Of a DNA stretch of 64,000 nucleotides, positions 12,677-26,802 are shown one piece after another; the stretch's first letter is position 1, and each line of letters begins with the position of its first letter. Source of the stretch: Bugula neritina (taxonomy: Eukaryota > Animalia > Bryozoa); the NCBI GenBank assembly GCA_964035545.1, contig OZ037767.1:23700628-23764627 (forward strand), in the 5' to 3' direction. The notes below the pieces were generated by a model. It searched no databases. It saw nothing but the letters and a program-made list of their open reading frames with translations, and was not told the origin of the DNA. The translations under genes and the position numbers were made by a program.

Positions 12677-15600
12677 TTAATCATGATCATCTGTTTCACT
12701 ACCAGCATCACCTCCAACAATATTTATATGATGAATGCCATCACTTAGATCTTCATCTGAGTCATCATAACAGCCTCTTCCATTTTCTGAGTATCTGCAC
12801 CTATCTCGGTTGTTGTCAGCTCTTGCACCATAGAAAGAAGGAGTTTTAGCTTTTGCAGTCTTGTTAACGTGTGTTCCTTGAAGCTTTGGCTTGGGCTTTA
12901 TAGGAGGCCGCACAGCATAGCGATTATAGTAGTTAGGTTTGCTGTTGCCCAGGACACCACCTTGTGTTTGTGAACTATCTGGTACACTAGTATCACAGTC
13001 AGGGTGTACAGGTGTTTCAGAGTTCACATGATTCGCAGGCTTTTGATAATGTGATGCAGAACTTGCTAAAGGAGGTGTTCCTGGAGGTTGAGGTGCTCTT
13101 CTTTTTAAGGATCTAAGGCTTGTTCGAGACTGAGAGAACGATTTGGCTCTGTTTAGAGACACTGGTGGATAGTTGCTGTCAGAGTTGTTCTGCTGGTGGC
13201 GGTGAACTGAATTACTTCTAGGAATATACCGTCGACCAGTGTTGCTAGTATTATCACTGCTATAGCTCGGGTCAGCACAACCTGTGTGGTAGTGATTTGA
13301 TCTTGAGTTCATAGTGGAATAAGCCACTGACCCTGTACGAGCAAGGTGGCCTCGGCGCCGGTGGTTAGTGTTATCGTCGTCGACCTCGGGTTGATGCTGG
13401 AGATTTCCTATGCTCATGCATTTTCGTTCGCCGTACAGGGGCTGATGACTTAAGCTGTGATGATGACCTCGTCGATGGTCCAGGTCTAAAAGAATTAATT
13501 ATTTTATTTATATCAACAGCTCTTTTTTCATTTTAAATCAAAAGTTGCATCAAAGAAACAAATCAACATGCATGAATGATTATTTTACTAGCATGGAAAT
13601 TAATAGATAAATTTTGCCAACTGAGAAATACTTGGTAAAATTAAACACTGAAAATCTCTGAATGATGTTAATAAAACAGTAAATGTAAATAAAAGTAGAC
13701 AGCAGCATAACATGTTATACTGGCTAGGAACAACATTGATTATTATAAGGATTAATGCAATGGTCTGTTTAGCTTTTAGACAAAATAGTTTGAAGAAAAT
13801 GGTGATAATAGATGAATTGTTTTAAATAAAAACTCTCCAACATCCTTCATTTAGATTTTTAAGTCACTTAAAAGGCATTTTAATAGACAAAAAAAGATAT
13901 ATAGGATATATGTGTGTCAAGGTAGAGCTTTTCTTGTAGGAGCTGTTGAATCTGCCGAACTAAACGAGTAAACTAACCAATTAGCAGATTTTTAGAATAG
14001 AATAAAATCAATCAACTATAACATACAGTTTAGTACTGCATACATGTTGCAACATGTTGGAAACAACATAGTTTTTATAAAATGCAATCTGTTTGCCAAA
14101 TATGATCAGGAAATTTGGAAGCTTCCATCAAAAGCAATTGGTAAAAAAGTTTACTTCTACTTATGAACTCTACATGAATCTGAGTTCAACTTTTTCCTTA
14201 TGTGTAGTATTAAGGAAGTGGAGAGATCCTAATTTAGGATAATTGAGGAAAATTCCATCTGCTATCAGAATAGGTGCAACAATATCATTTTTAATTAGAG
14301 AGTAGGAGAATATATTTCACAAAGGAAGTTGCCTGCCCACGGCAACAATTGAAAGTTGGGCTTAACAGAAATTTGATTATATTTTGCACACGAGTACAGC
14401 TATCACTTTTACATATGCAGTCTAGTCAGCCACTGGTGTGACTAGTGTAATACACTGGTTTACAAATCTTGAAACAGTGTTTGGTCATATGACTTTGATC
14501 ACAAAACTAAATACTCAACCAGGGCTGTACCGAGTCAGTGTAATGCAGCTGATACTTTCAATTCAAAGTTATGCAATTCAATTAAAAACAACTACAATTC
14601 AAAGTGATTTTAAATGTGCTGATTTGTGAAAATCAGTATTTTGAAAAACTTGAGTCCCTTCTCTGTAGTGCATCAAATTGCATGAAGCTGAAACAATCAT
14701 GATAAGCTGATTCTACCGACGCTCGTTCCTTCTGCATGATGAAAGTCCTACTGGCAGAACTTGATTGACTCTACTGGGATACTATATCTAGTATGTGTAC
14801 AAAATACAAATGCCCTTGAAATTGGCGATAGTAAGCAACCAACACACAAATATCTGACACCACAACAGTAGCCAAAGCTGTGAGGGTTGGAAAAGGAGAA
14901 AGGAAACACCGGTTACGTTGCATACCGAAAATCAATTGGCGAAGACAGAGTTGAATGGAGTAGACTTCCCGAGTGAGCCTACAGCCTATGGGAGATAAAA
15001 GTATTAGCTGAGAAAAGATGTTATGCTTCAGTTAGTTCAACAAGCATTCAACCCACAAGTTGTTGAAATTGTAAACAAATGGGGAAATGGGGACTAGCTG
15101 AAGCTCACCGTCTGTTCATCGGCCTGCTATAGTAGCGCCGAGGTTGAGAGGGGTAGTCCCCAGGAGGACCTTCTATTTGGTCTACAAGATTGAACTGGCA
15201 TAGCAGAAATAGTTTGTGACTCCCTTTATTTTTTTTAGTTATAGATTTTGCAAACTTTAAGTTTAATTATGTAAAGTTTCCTAGCTCTAACAGATTGAAG
15301 TCTAGCTCTCTCAAGTTTTATTTAATCACACAATTTCTCTATTAAATCGAGTTTACACTCTTTTTATACACCAGCATCTTACAAGAATTAACTTGCCAGC
15401 ACATCTGGCTAATCTAAGATTTACATATATATGCAATGCAAAGCAAAACCCACCACCATGTTGTACCAGCTTTTAAAAAAACAATTATTTAAAATATTTT
15501 GAGGTGATTGAAATACATTTTAGTTTATGAAACTTTTGACGTCTAAAATATGTCAATGCTGTATTTATAATTCTATCAATAAATGCATTAAAACTACAAA

Positions 15601-18600
15601 CAAGGCCTCATTATTGCCATATTGTCAGTAGAGAAGTGCATTCATAGCTATTTAAAAGTGTTACATTTTTAATATCTGAGCATTTGAAACGTATGAATAC
15701 AATATATCTTCAACCAACCTGTGTAGTGTGATTGTTGTGGCATTTGGACATGGGATTGTGACCATACACCATCTATTCCATTGTTATAATAGAGTTGTCT
15801 CCTTTTCATGTCTCCTGCTATTCTTTCTGTATTCTGGCGATGAAGTTTTCTAGCATATGCAATGATATCTTCATCACTATCAGAATCTAGTTTACCTGAA
15901 AAACACTTGAGAGATCATTTGCAACAGACAATTGCTTTTGGAAACAGCCGTAAGAATAGTAAATCCAACAGCATGTTAGAAATATAGGTAAAGGACAGAT
16001 ATAGGTATAATATTCAGTCAGCAAATTTGAATGTTTATATTGCACTCTGCATAACTTAGAAAAACTGTTACTGCATCTTTTTAAAAATAATTTCTATATT
16101 TTTACTGTAATAAATATTGCATTATACTGTCAATTCAGTATTAATCTTAAAGACAAGTAAACTATTGTAACTTCTTGACAACCACAGAGGAAAAATTTGC
16201 ATTGATGTGAAGATTATCTTTTTATGCAAAACAGTAATCTCGTTTTTATTTCGGTCAGTAAATAAGGTGATGAGATAAAAATATACCGTGCAATAGATTT
16301 TATTAGTAAAAAGTGCTAGTATAAATTGCTATGTGCAGAATATAATTGTACCACTTCAATGCATTATACTCACTAAACATAATGCATTATCATAAGGATG
16401 AGTGTTTATACCTTCTGGCTTTTTCCTGGTGGTGGAAGGTGCTGAAGATGACTCACTGGCAATCGGTGACTCAGGCTTATAATCAGTTCTATATGTGAGG
16501 GTGGATCTACCTTCTAACTTATTTTCATGAGTCATTTCTCTCTGAGCTAATTTAATGTGTCTTTTTCTCCATTTTCTTTCTCTCTTCCTTTAAAATTTAA
16601 TTTAAAAATATTTTGCATAAAATCAGATAATGACAAGGTTAAGTATAAATTACTTTTAATATGAATTTTGAAAATTAAATAAGTTAAAATTAAAAGTTTA
16701 AATATCACAACCACTCAATTGTAAGGCAGTATTACATTCAAGAAATAAGTTCGAAAAACCATTTTTGGACAAAGCTGGAGAATAATATTTGTTCCACGGT
16801 GCTTTTAAAATTTACTCAACCCTGAAAAAGTATTTGGACACTCAGATTAGGCTTCATAGACCATTCTTTAATACACACAGCAGCTGGATAATGGTAAATT
16901 TATTGTTTACTATTATTTCAATGTTACTCAGAGTTACCTTCTCTTTTTGATGACGCAGTACACAATTATCAGAATCACTAGTAAGATGGTGCAAAGAGGA
17001 ACTGTGATGTATAATATCAGTTTCACTACAAACAAAAATTGACAGCAATTTTATCCGCTAATATGAATTTGTACTTATTTTGTAAGCTTATGCAAACCAA
17101 ATTTTGGATCAGGTCTGAAATTGTTGTTTTTGGGATGTTACCAAGTTCCTGTAGATTAGAAACTTAAATTAAGAACTTAGGTAGGTAGTTTTGGCACTAT
17201 CTCAACTTACCTGTGCTGGAAAGATACAAAGCTCCTTTTACACAGGATATTGTCACTTTAGCATCTCTTTTTCTCTCTATAGCTCCATTTGTTTTGACAA
17301 CTAATAACAAACAAAGCTATTGCAGTGCTTACAATGGCACAATTCATAACATGCTACGGAAATATGAAGGCGCAAACAATGTAGTGATTATAAATAGGTT
17401 TGGACTTTAAGCCACTTTAATACATAAGACAGGGTGTCAAAAACATAGCTCTGATGATAACATTATGAATATGATGACACACTTTTGGCCTAATAAAAGT
17501 TCAGTCTGAAACATTAGACATACATATATTTAACCTGCAGTAGAATTTTTAGCCTTTAAACTGTCTCGTAATTAGGTTAAATAACTTTAACAACTTGCAA
17601 TTTTTGAATATTATAGTTCATAATACAACATAAAGAATTTGATCCGATCATGCATTCCATTAACCCGTCCATGTTGTAAATGATATACACACATACTGTA
17701 TTCATGTGTATACCATTCCTCAAGAAACCTTACATAACAATCTCAGTCTGTATTAATAGTAAGCATTATCTATCATAAAAGCAGCACCCATGACAGCACA
17801 AACAAAGTCATAATGGAGCACTGAAACATGCATTACTGACTGTTTACTTAAACATACACACCCTATCAATTTGAAGAGTTATAACAGTCTTTGTAAAAAG
17901 TACTTTCTAATTTTAATTTATATTCAATGCACATCCCAAGCATGGCTCATGGATGAACGGAAATTGAAAACACAACTAAAACTGTCAACAAAATTAAATG
18001 TTCTCCCATCACATGTGATAAGAACTATAGGCAAGTACTTGTTGAACAGCATGTTCATTACAATGTGCCATCACCAACATGCTCAATATAATATAAAATC
18101 GTAAAAATATTTTTGCTGTTCAAGAAGAAAATTGTTGTCGTGATTTCATTTTGCAAACGAACAAGATCTGATTTTCAAGAAAATATTCTTCTTCATTGAC
18201 AATAATGACTTGAAAGATGAGAAAGCATTACTTGAAGACCAATATTTTAAAAGCTTACAAACTTACCATTAATGTGTGTATTGATAGAGTAGCTGCTGTA
18301 TTCAGAGCTGTTTTTTGCATCCACACTCACAGTCATTGATAGTGTCTTGGAAGAGCCAATTCTTATATACCCTTTACTTCCTATTCGGTCTTGGCAGAAA
18401 TACCTTTTAGTTTGTTTTATATATCTGGGGTTACCAGAAGCAATTGGGTTGGGAATCTTTTCTTCTGCTATGAAAGTGACTGTTCCCTAAAAGATGTGGA
18501 AATTAGAACGATTAGTTGTATTATATAGTAGAAACATACATTAGCAGTTGTAGGCTATAGTGTAGAAAAAGCATAGTGGTTATAGTATAATAGAAGCATA

Positions 18601-21600
18601 CTGGTTATAGTATAGTAAAAGCATAGTGGTTATAGTATAGTAAAAGCATGGTGGTTATAGTATAGTAAAAGCATAGTAGTTGTAATATAGTAGAAGCATG
18701 GGTGTTTATAGTATGGTAAAATGATAGTTGTAGGGTGGTATATATACTATTTGCGTAAAAGACAATAATGCATGTTATATAGGAAGTTGTCTGCCCATTT
18801 CCAACAAGAAACTGCAGATTGGCGGAGTACAGTCTTGAGTAGGCAGTGAAAGCATGCCAGCTGTCCTAATTTCTACCTCTGATGCACACAGTACAATTGG
18901 CATCTACTCTACACAAGTGTTGGCAATACTCTACTTACATTACAAGTGACAATGCCTTCTACATAGCTCACATCATTGCTGCTTTTGAAAGTACATTCAC
19001 AGGTTGGGTTGGTAACAACAGTGGCTGGGTAGTTGTTTGTAGAGACAGACATCTGGGGAACCGCCATTTCTGGTATACTGTCACAAAATCTGAAGGCTAA
19101 ATATAAATAAATATCTATGTACATCTGATGCATGAATGCTGAGGTATGTGTAGGTATGTTTTAGAGAATGCCTAATATCTAACTCTGTAGTATCCAGCAT
19201 CAGCATGTAACAGACACACCCCCAAACTAATACAAAATAAATGCAATGTAAAAAATGAAGCAACATTATAATTGCTTAAACAACTTCCCATCTTCGAAGA
19301 CTGTCTGTATTCACACTTTCTGCTTTTTCATCAAATATAAAATATTGTAAAAATTGTTTTTACATAAGTTGGTTTATAAAATCAATTGTTACTAGTTACT
19401 ACATTTAGTTAGCGGACATCAATACTACACAGTAAAGCAGGTTATCACATCAGATAGCCAAATGATGGGAGATATGACAATACTAATTATATCATAATTG
19501 TATGATGCTGAGAAAATAATGAGAAAAAAGTATGCTGATCTAACATTAATTACTCTAGAAGCTCAATATTGGAAGTTTGCCTAAAGATGTTACGTGGGAA
19601 CATAGGGAAAAGCTGATACATAGGTTTCAGCTAGTCTAAACAGTTGACTATAGTAAGCTAAACTGCTACAATAAGAAAGACACAGTATATAGATGCATAT
19701 TGTATCATGTTTAAGAATACTTTGATGTTGTAAATAAAATGGTGGGTTTTGCTTGGGTTTGCTGATTCTTTGTTCATTTGTAAACCCTTGATAAGAGATT
19801 GATGCTAAGGAGACATGCTAATGAAACAAAATGTAGGAGTAGGAATAGAGAAATATGTAAAGCTAAAGTTCTAAAATGTACTAAAAGAAGTTGTGTTCTC
19901 AGAAAATTATAATCCCCAGCCCAAATCAAAATTCACAATAAAAAGTGAAAAACTTTAACTAAGTTTCACCGCACTGTCAGAATTTAGTTCCTTGTCTATT
20001 TGATAACATACTTGCTGTGTTTTGATTATTAGTTCAGCTAGCAGCAAGTCAGCAGGCTACTAGGTTACATAGTGAAAGGTGTCAAAGGTCAAGAGTACAG
20101 TGGAAATTTACAGGAGGGCTTCAGAAATTCAGTAAATACAAACTATATTAGTAGGATAACTTGACCAAATACTGATACATTGTGTCCAAGTAGTGGTACA
20201 TGTTACTGTATTGTGATGTGACTCAATAATAGCAGACTTAGCCCTACAATATTCTTTGAGCTTTAACCTGCTCATCTGTCATGGCTCAACGATGTACAAA
20301 TATTTTATAATAATACACCCATAATAAAATTGTTAATTATCTATTAGGAGCACAGATGTAAATTGAAACTCAAAACCAAAAATTTAAAACCCTGGGGCAT
20401 ACAAATATGTTTGTACATAAGTGTAAGATAATGAAGAATTTGATCTTTAACAAAAGTTTCAGGATGCTTAGCTTGTTTGCATATATGTAATGAAAGCCAA
20501 TGATTTTTGTATAGTCTTTTATTTAACAAATGTTTGCTATGTGTTAATAATTTCATTTTAGAAACATGTGTCTCTATTTTATTTACTGAATTACTTGTAG
20601 AACAAGCAGGCGTGCAGAAATCAATTCTATCAGTCAAAAGCTAATATGAGCATTGTACACAGAAGGATGAATGTAACAATGTTTAGACTGGGTTGAAATA
20701 ATAATTAGAATGTAAACAATGTTGATATACAACTGTCATCAGTAGCACTGAGTGAGAAATAGCCTCAGTTTTCAGCTCTTCAAGCCTACATTCTCTGCAG
20801 TTAGATTAGTGGAAGGTACTAGTTACTTTTGTTACTAGTTCTAATGCTACAGCTAGTCAACAGTTAGACTACAACTAGTCTATATTTAATCTACAAACAG
20901 TCTACAGCTAGTCTATATCTAATCTGCAAATAGTCTACAACTAGTCTATATCTAACCTACAAATAGTCTACAACTAGTCTATATCTAACCTAAAAATAGT
21001 CTACAACTAGTCTATATCTAATCTACAAATAATCTACAGCTAAAATATATCTAATCTGCAGATAGTCTACAACTAATTTATATATAATCTACAAATATTC
21101 TACAACTAGTCTATATCCAATCTACAAATAGTCTACAGCTAGTCTATATCTAATCTACAAATAGTCTACAACTAAGATATATATAATCTACAAATAGTCT
21201 AGAGCTAATCTATATCTAATCTGCAAATAGTCTACAACTGATCTATATATAATCTGCAACAAATCTATTTTGTAATTTGTGGATTAATAGTCGGTGATTA
21301 GCAAATTACAAACTTGATATATTTTCATTTTCAGCTTTTTGTTATATTGGTTTTTAGTGATAAAGTCAAGTCAATGAAGGCTACCTCTTCGACATATGTC
21401 AACAGTTGTGAAGTTGGTTGGGCAGTTAGGCAGCTGACAACTAATACAGCAGGTGCTGCTTACATTGCTTGTGCTAGGGACAGGTTGTTACTAGATAAAC
21501 AAATGCTAACCTTGGCAAGTAAATTTGACTACCATGTAGTTTACAGAGAGAGACATGTGCAGTTCTCCGTTCACATTGCATCTATCGCGAGTCCACTGAA

Positions 21601-24600
21601 TATCATCTGTAACATCTTCGAGTTTCACAATGCTGATTCGGCAGCCAGATACCCCGTCACAAGCTGACTTGGCTTTCGTAGTAATAGATTGGCTACAAAG
21701 ATTAATAAATATTTCAATTCATAAATGCTAGCAGAATGTGCTATCAGATGAAGGCTAGGTTTTTCATAACTGGGTTGTATGTGCAAAGCATTCACTCTAA
21801 ACAAGCCTTTGTAGGCAATCAAAGAATCCAACTGCTTTATTAGATTGAAATATAAACAGAGCTTGTCAAATGCAAATGAATGTTGATGTGCTAGAACAAT
21901 AACAACACTATTTACTAGGGGTGACAGCAAATCATTGCAAAGGATCATTAATGACAGCTTAGAGCAATTAATAAGAAGTCAAATCAGCAGGGCTACTACT
22001 GCTCAGGCACCTTCTATTGCAGCTGTAACAAAAATATATAAATGTTAAATACCTGTACTGTCGGCAGTCGTTGTCATCTGTGAATGGGTTGGTGCAACCA
22101 TCTGGTTCTGCACCGTAGGACACGTCTGTGACAGTTATTATCTCATCCGGTTCACAGCTCACGTCAATGTACTTCTTTGACGCTAGACACCCGTATGCAT
22201 ACTTCAAATTGTTTTCTTTTTTTCTAAACCAATCCCCGGCTACAAAAGTTTACAAATTATATAAAAAATGTCTTTAAATTTAGCATATTATTGTAAAGTC
22301 CAAAGTTGTTATATTAGCTAAGGACTGGCAGGGAGGGGTATGCTCCCACTGCTAAAAAATATCTTACTTAAGCAGCTAAGTATAACCAAGTCATGCTTTT
22401 AGCATGCTCAAGTGACGTAGATGTATGTGCCTGAAACAAGAGGACTTACTGGTGCCTTATACCTAATACTTTGACAGAAGACCACCACTACTACCACTAC
22501 TACCACTACCACCACTACTACCACCACTACTATCACTAGTACTACCACTACTACTATTAGTACCATTACTACTACCATTACTACCATTATTACTACTATT
22601 ACTACTACTACCACTACCACCACTACCACTACTTCCACCACTATTACCACTATTACTACCACTACTACTACCACTACTACCACCACTACTGCCACTGCTG
22701 CTGCTACTAGTAGGCTACTATATACTTAAAAGGAAACATATAATATTATGGTGAATATCACCATTTGTAGTTGTAATTATCTGTTGGGCTGACTTACTAG
22801 TTACATTATCATGACTAATTATTATAGTTTATACTTTATACCAAATAATACGTGTTGAACAATAATTTTCAGCATATAACGACCAAGAAATACTTTAATT
22901 ATATCTTTTCAGTTCAAAAACAACCATTACTATATTTTATATATAAACACCACAGTGCATGGTGAAACATGAGCCCAAAACATTATGTTATAACCTGGCA
23001 GTTGGTATGAGTGCAATGATAGGTATTTATGTTGTTAGAAAGTGAATGTGTTTTGATTAGTTGGTATAGCCACAATTTGACTGAGGTGAAAGTTACCAGT
23101 CTGACTTGTTGATTTGCTTAGCTACTGAATATCCCAATTATTTTGCAATTGACCAGGGCTCCATTCCACTAAAGTGTATTTGGCAGAGAAATATAATCAT
23201 CATTTAGATGTTCTACTTGAAGGTACTATTGTACAGGCTTGGTAGTTCAAAAGTGCCAAATGTTGTCCTCTCTTATCAGCCAAATGATAAAAATTCTCAA
23301 ACTTTTTAAGGCAGTATACTGAAAAGATGCTTAAGAGCTGCAAACTGTAATGTGAAACAGCCAGCTTTAATGAGAACAAAATGTTCACTGTGAATGTTGA
23401 TAAAATATCTCCGGTTGGTTGAGAGAATCTTAAGTTAGTGATTCAGCTGCCAATGAGTTGATAGGCTGGCTTTGAATATTATTTCTTTAAAGTCTTTAGT
23501 TTTCAAAGTTTCTAATTTTGTAAATTAATTTTTAAATTAATTGAAATTAAAAATTTATCTGAAATATCAAAAACTCAAAACATCACATTATCTGTCACCA
23601 GCCAGCTAAACTTTCATATATGATTATTGACTATTAATAACTAAGCAGATTGAAAGATGGAGCAGTTTGGTGTCTTGTTTCACCATGTCAACACTAAAAA
23701 TTTGTATCATTGTATTGTGTCTTAGAGGTAGCCAATCATATTGAATAAAAGGAGCCACACCTTATTGGTGTTGGATTAGCTTTGCGACAAAGTTGTACTG
23801 ATATCGTATTAGGTTTCTACAAGTTTTGGAAAGCTAATCTCAATTGATTTTCTTTGTAGAAAAAATGCCCATTACGCAAGCAAATCCCCATTTCATATTT
23901 CATATTATGTTATTAGAAGACTGAGTATTTTACAAAGCTTTTAGCTGTCCAAATATTTGCTTTGGAGGAATTGTGATTTTAGATGATGCAAATAGTGAAA
24001 AGGCTTTTGAGTGCAGTGACCCTTTTCTCAAGAAATTCACTAATCAGTCTATTTAGCTGTAAAATATGACTGCCTTGTTTCTATTTAATCAGCACGAATG
24101 CCTTATAAAAAATCAAACAAACCTCTAAATGAGTTTCAACAGAAAAGCCAAGGCATAGTAAATTATTAAATGAACTTCCCATAGCCTCCAGCAAACTAAA
24201 AATTCCCATGCATCCTATTTGGCAATGTGTAGGTTGAAATAATTATGACTACAAAACCAGTCAGATATTTATATTATATTCAAATAAATGAGAAAACCGG
24301 TCTTGGTTGATATTTTTGAAAACTAACCACATGCATTGTAGATTCACATCCGGCATTAAGATTTCACTCCAATAGGTAATGATGAGTGAGCAGTATTACT
24401 ATTAGGTCTTTGTACAACAATGCAATTAAATTACTATTTGCAACTTTTAGGGTTTCTTCAACTCCATCGGTATTAAGCTATTTGCAATCTGTATTTAGAT
24501 TTTAGAGTGCATATAACTATAATATATGTATAACTATTATAATTATATACATAAGTTATATATACTATATAAAACTATAACCTATAACCCCTGCATTTAC

Positions 24601-24948
24601 TTTTGCCCGTTTAGAAAATGCCTTGTGTTGTCAAAAGTTCTTAATGATGGTGGAAAATCGCGCAATTATTTGAATTTCATACTCAATATTTTTCAAAGTT
24701 TTTACAAAAATTTGCCTAGCTATGCATTTGATTTAGCACGTTAGGTAACAAGCTGGTTAAATACATGCAATTACTATTTTATAATAAATGTAAATATTGT
24801 ATGCATCTAAATATTTTTTATTAACAGATGAAACTATAGTCATAGATATGATAATAAATAACCATAATGCTGACTCACCAGTAGAGGAAAATAAGAGAAG
24901 TAGCCAAAGGAAGGTTAACTGAAATGACTGTAAATTCTTCACTTGCAT
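12677..24948 (-). CDS. Type I membrane protein: signal peptide, SUEL/Gal(rhamnose-binding)-lectin domain, CUB-like region, TM helix, long low-complexity cytoplasmic tail (~718 aa)
   Basis: Phase-consistent exons: 24948-24879 (signal peptide), 22239-22053 (GCLAS..VSCEPDEIITVTDVSYGA..C..C), 21692-21511 (ACDGVSGC..C..NYMVVKFTC), 19096-18939 (FCD..STNNYP..CECTF), 18486-18267, 17300-17211, 17025-16938 (LILYITVPLCTILLVILIIVYCVI-KKRR, TM), 16587-16412, 15895-15719, 13485-12677 (stop). Optional exons are possible at 15181-15109 and near 14978. Confidence 0.8.
18571..18720. repeat. 25-bp minisatellite (GCATAGTGGTTATAGTATAGTAAAA), ~6 copies
   Basis: Visible 25-bp period, intronic. Confidence 0.85.
20875..21259. 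repeat. 33-bp minisatellite (CTAGTCTATATCTAATCTACAAATAGTCTACAA), ~11-12 copies
   Basis: Period 33 (units start at 20941 and 20974), intronic. Confidence 0.9.
22481..22710. repeat. (ACT/ACC/ATT)n trinucleotide microsatellite
   Basis: Read directly; it produces a spurious poly-Val ORF on the minus strand. Confidence 0.95.
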
Positions 24949-25488
24949 GTTGTGAGATGACTCTCCCTGGGCTAATGTGAGATGTGTCTATCAACTTCTA
25001 GCTCATACAGTCAGAGTTGATGCTGTGGTTGGTGCATTAATTACTATAGAACTCACTCTGAAGTCTGACTCATTGACAATACTTACTAGTCTGCTGTCAA
25101 CAGCAAATCAACAGCATCTTTAGTATAACATATGACAACCCAATCATTGAGCTTTGCTTATATATTTACTGTATACTCCTGCATGTAGTCGAGTTCCCAC
25201 TAACTACATCAAATTAATAGAGTAATTACTGTTGATCAAATATTCAATGAAATTATATAATTGTTTGCTATAAATAGACCTAGCAATAAAATCTATCTTT
25301 AATCAAAGTTAGCAATAGATTGTCTAGTAGATTATCATTCTGGGAGTAAGACAACAGACACTGAGTAAAGCTTTTTCTACATAAACATCTGAAATAACTT
25401 ATTGTAATTAGTAAAATATTAGTAAGTTACGATAATATACAAAAGTAATATATATGAGCACATATAAAACATATAATTACCTGCTACT

Positions 25489-25605
25489 TCACGTGACCAG
25501 CCTTTGTATTGTAATAGCAGTTCAGCTACTATGAAGGATTCCAGTGTAGCACGCAGTACGCATGTACAGCGGGAGGGTATATAAACAAATGACATCACTC
25601 ACGTG
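25489..25605. promoter_or_regulatory. Candidate core promoter: two CACGTG E-boxes around TATATAAA
   Basis: TCACGTGA at 25489, TATATAAA at 25578 and CACGTG at 25600 in a locally GC-richer patch. A minus-strand donor (CAG|GTAA) at ~25480 suggests a 5'UTR exon of the lectin-receptor gene. Confidence 0.3.
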
Positions 25606-26802
25606 CCTGTGTATAATTTAACTGTATGATGACTGGTTCTCTACATCATAATACGAAACTTTTAATCCTAATGGAAAAGTAATGAGCATAATAGGATTGT
25701 ACGTTAAAGAGACATTAGCTCATTCTAAGACATATAATTCAAAATAAATTTTTTTTTTAAATATTTTACTGTTTGTCGATCTTCAGCTATAAGAGACTCA
25801 AGTCAGTAATTTGAGTGTTTATTAAAAATTTTGAAAGTATATGTTCCGAATAAAATGTGAGTACCCAGCATGCAATGCAATGTATTTTTAATATCCTGTT
25901 CTGAATGCACATAGTATTTTATCTTGTAGTTTTTCCTCAAGTCTTAAATTAAAGTTTCACCCGAGTATATCAGAAGTTCACAATAAGAAATTCGTTTTTT
26001 CCCTCATTCTCTTCAAAACAATTGATAGCAATTGATTAATCAGTGAAGCATATAAACCATATAGTTTAATGTTGCAATAAATAATAAAACATGTAAATAC
26101 TTGAATATACACCAACATGTACATATTTTTACAACCACAATGTATTGCAATCTACTATATATATATGCTATTCAACAGCTGGGCTAAGCACAACCAAAGT
26201 TTTTACTTTTATTTTGTCAAAACAAAACAGAAAAACTAGAAACTCAGCATTTACATGCTGTAAAATGGCCCTTGTCAGGTCAGCAGGGCTAGCTTCTTGC
26301 CTGTATCTTTGGGGATAATAATATAGTAATAAACCATGTGTGTTTTCACTTGCATCATTTTCTACTAAAAATTATAGTAATTACTACTGCCTGTGCAATT
26401 TCACAATATATGCAGTTCAAGCAATAATTGGAATTCTTCGAAGCTGTACGTGTAAGTTTGCATTCTACTAAATTATTTGTGTACTGCAAATCAAATATTA
26501 CATAATACTTTTATAAGATGCTAATTGCAAACAAAATGTTTATTCAGCTAACTTATCAGCAAGTAAATATAATAGTACAAGATCATGAATAGTAGTATTA
26601 AACCAGAAACACGAAAACAATAGCAATAAAATAAACATGCAGCAACTGAAACTAACCAGAGCAGTGACAAAAATTATACGCATCTGGTAAAGTTTTTGTC
26701 TCACAGCTTGCTTTGAAGTGATTGCAAACTTAAAATTAGAATAAGATCTATATCTCTATTAAATTTAGTTAGACTTTCATTATATTAATGGACATTTTTC
26801 AG

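Noticed and set aside
22408-22695. Poly-Val ORF
   Set aside because: Trinucleotide microsatellite artefact.
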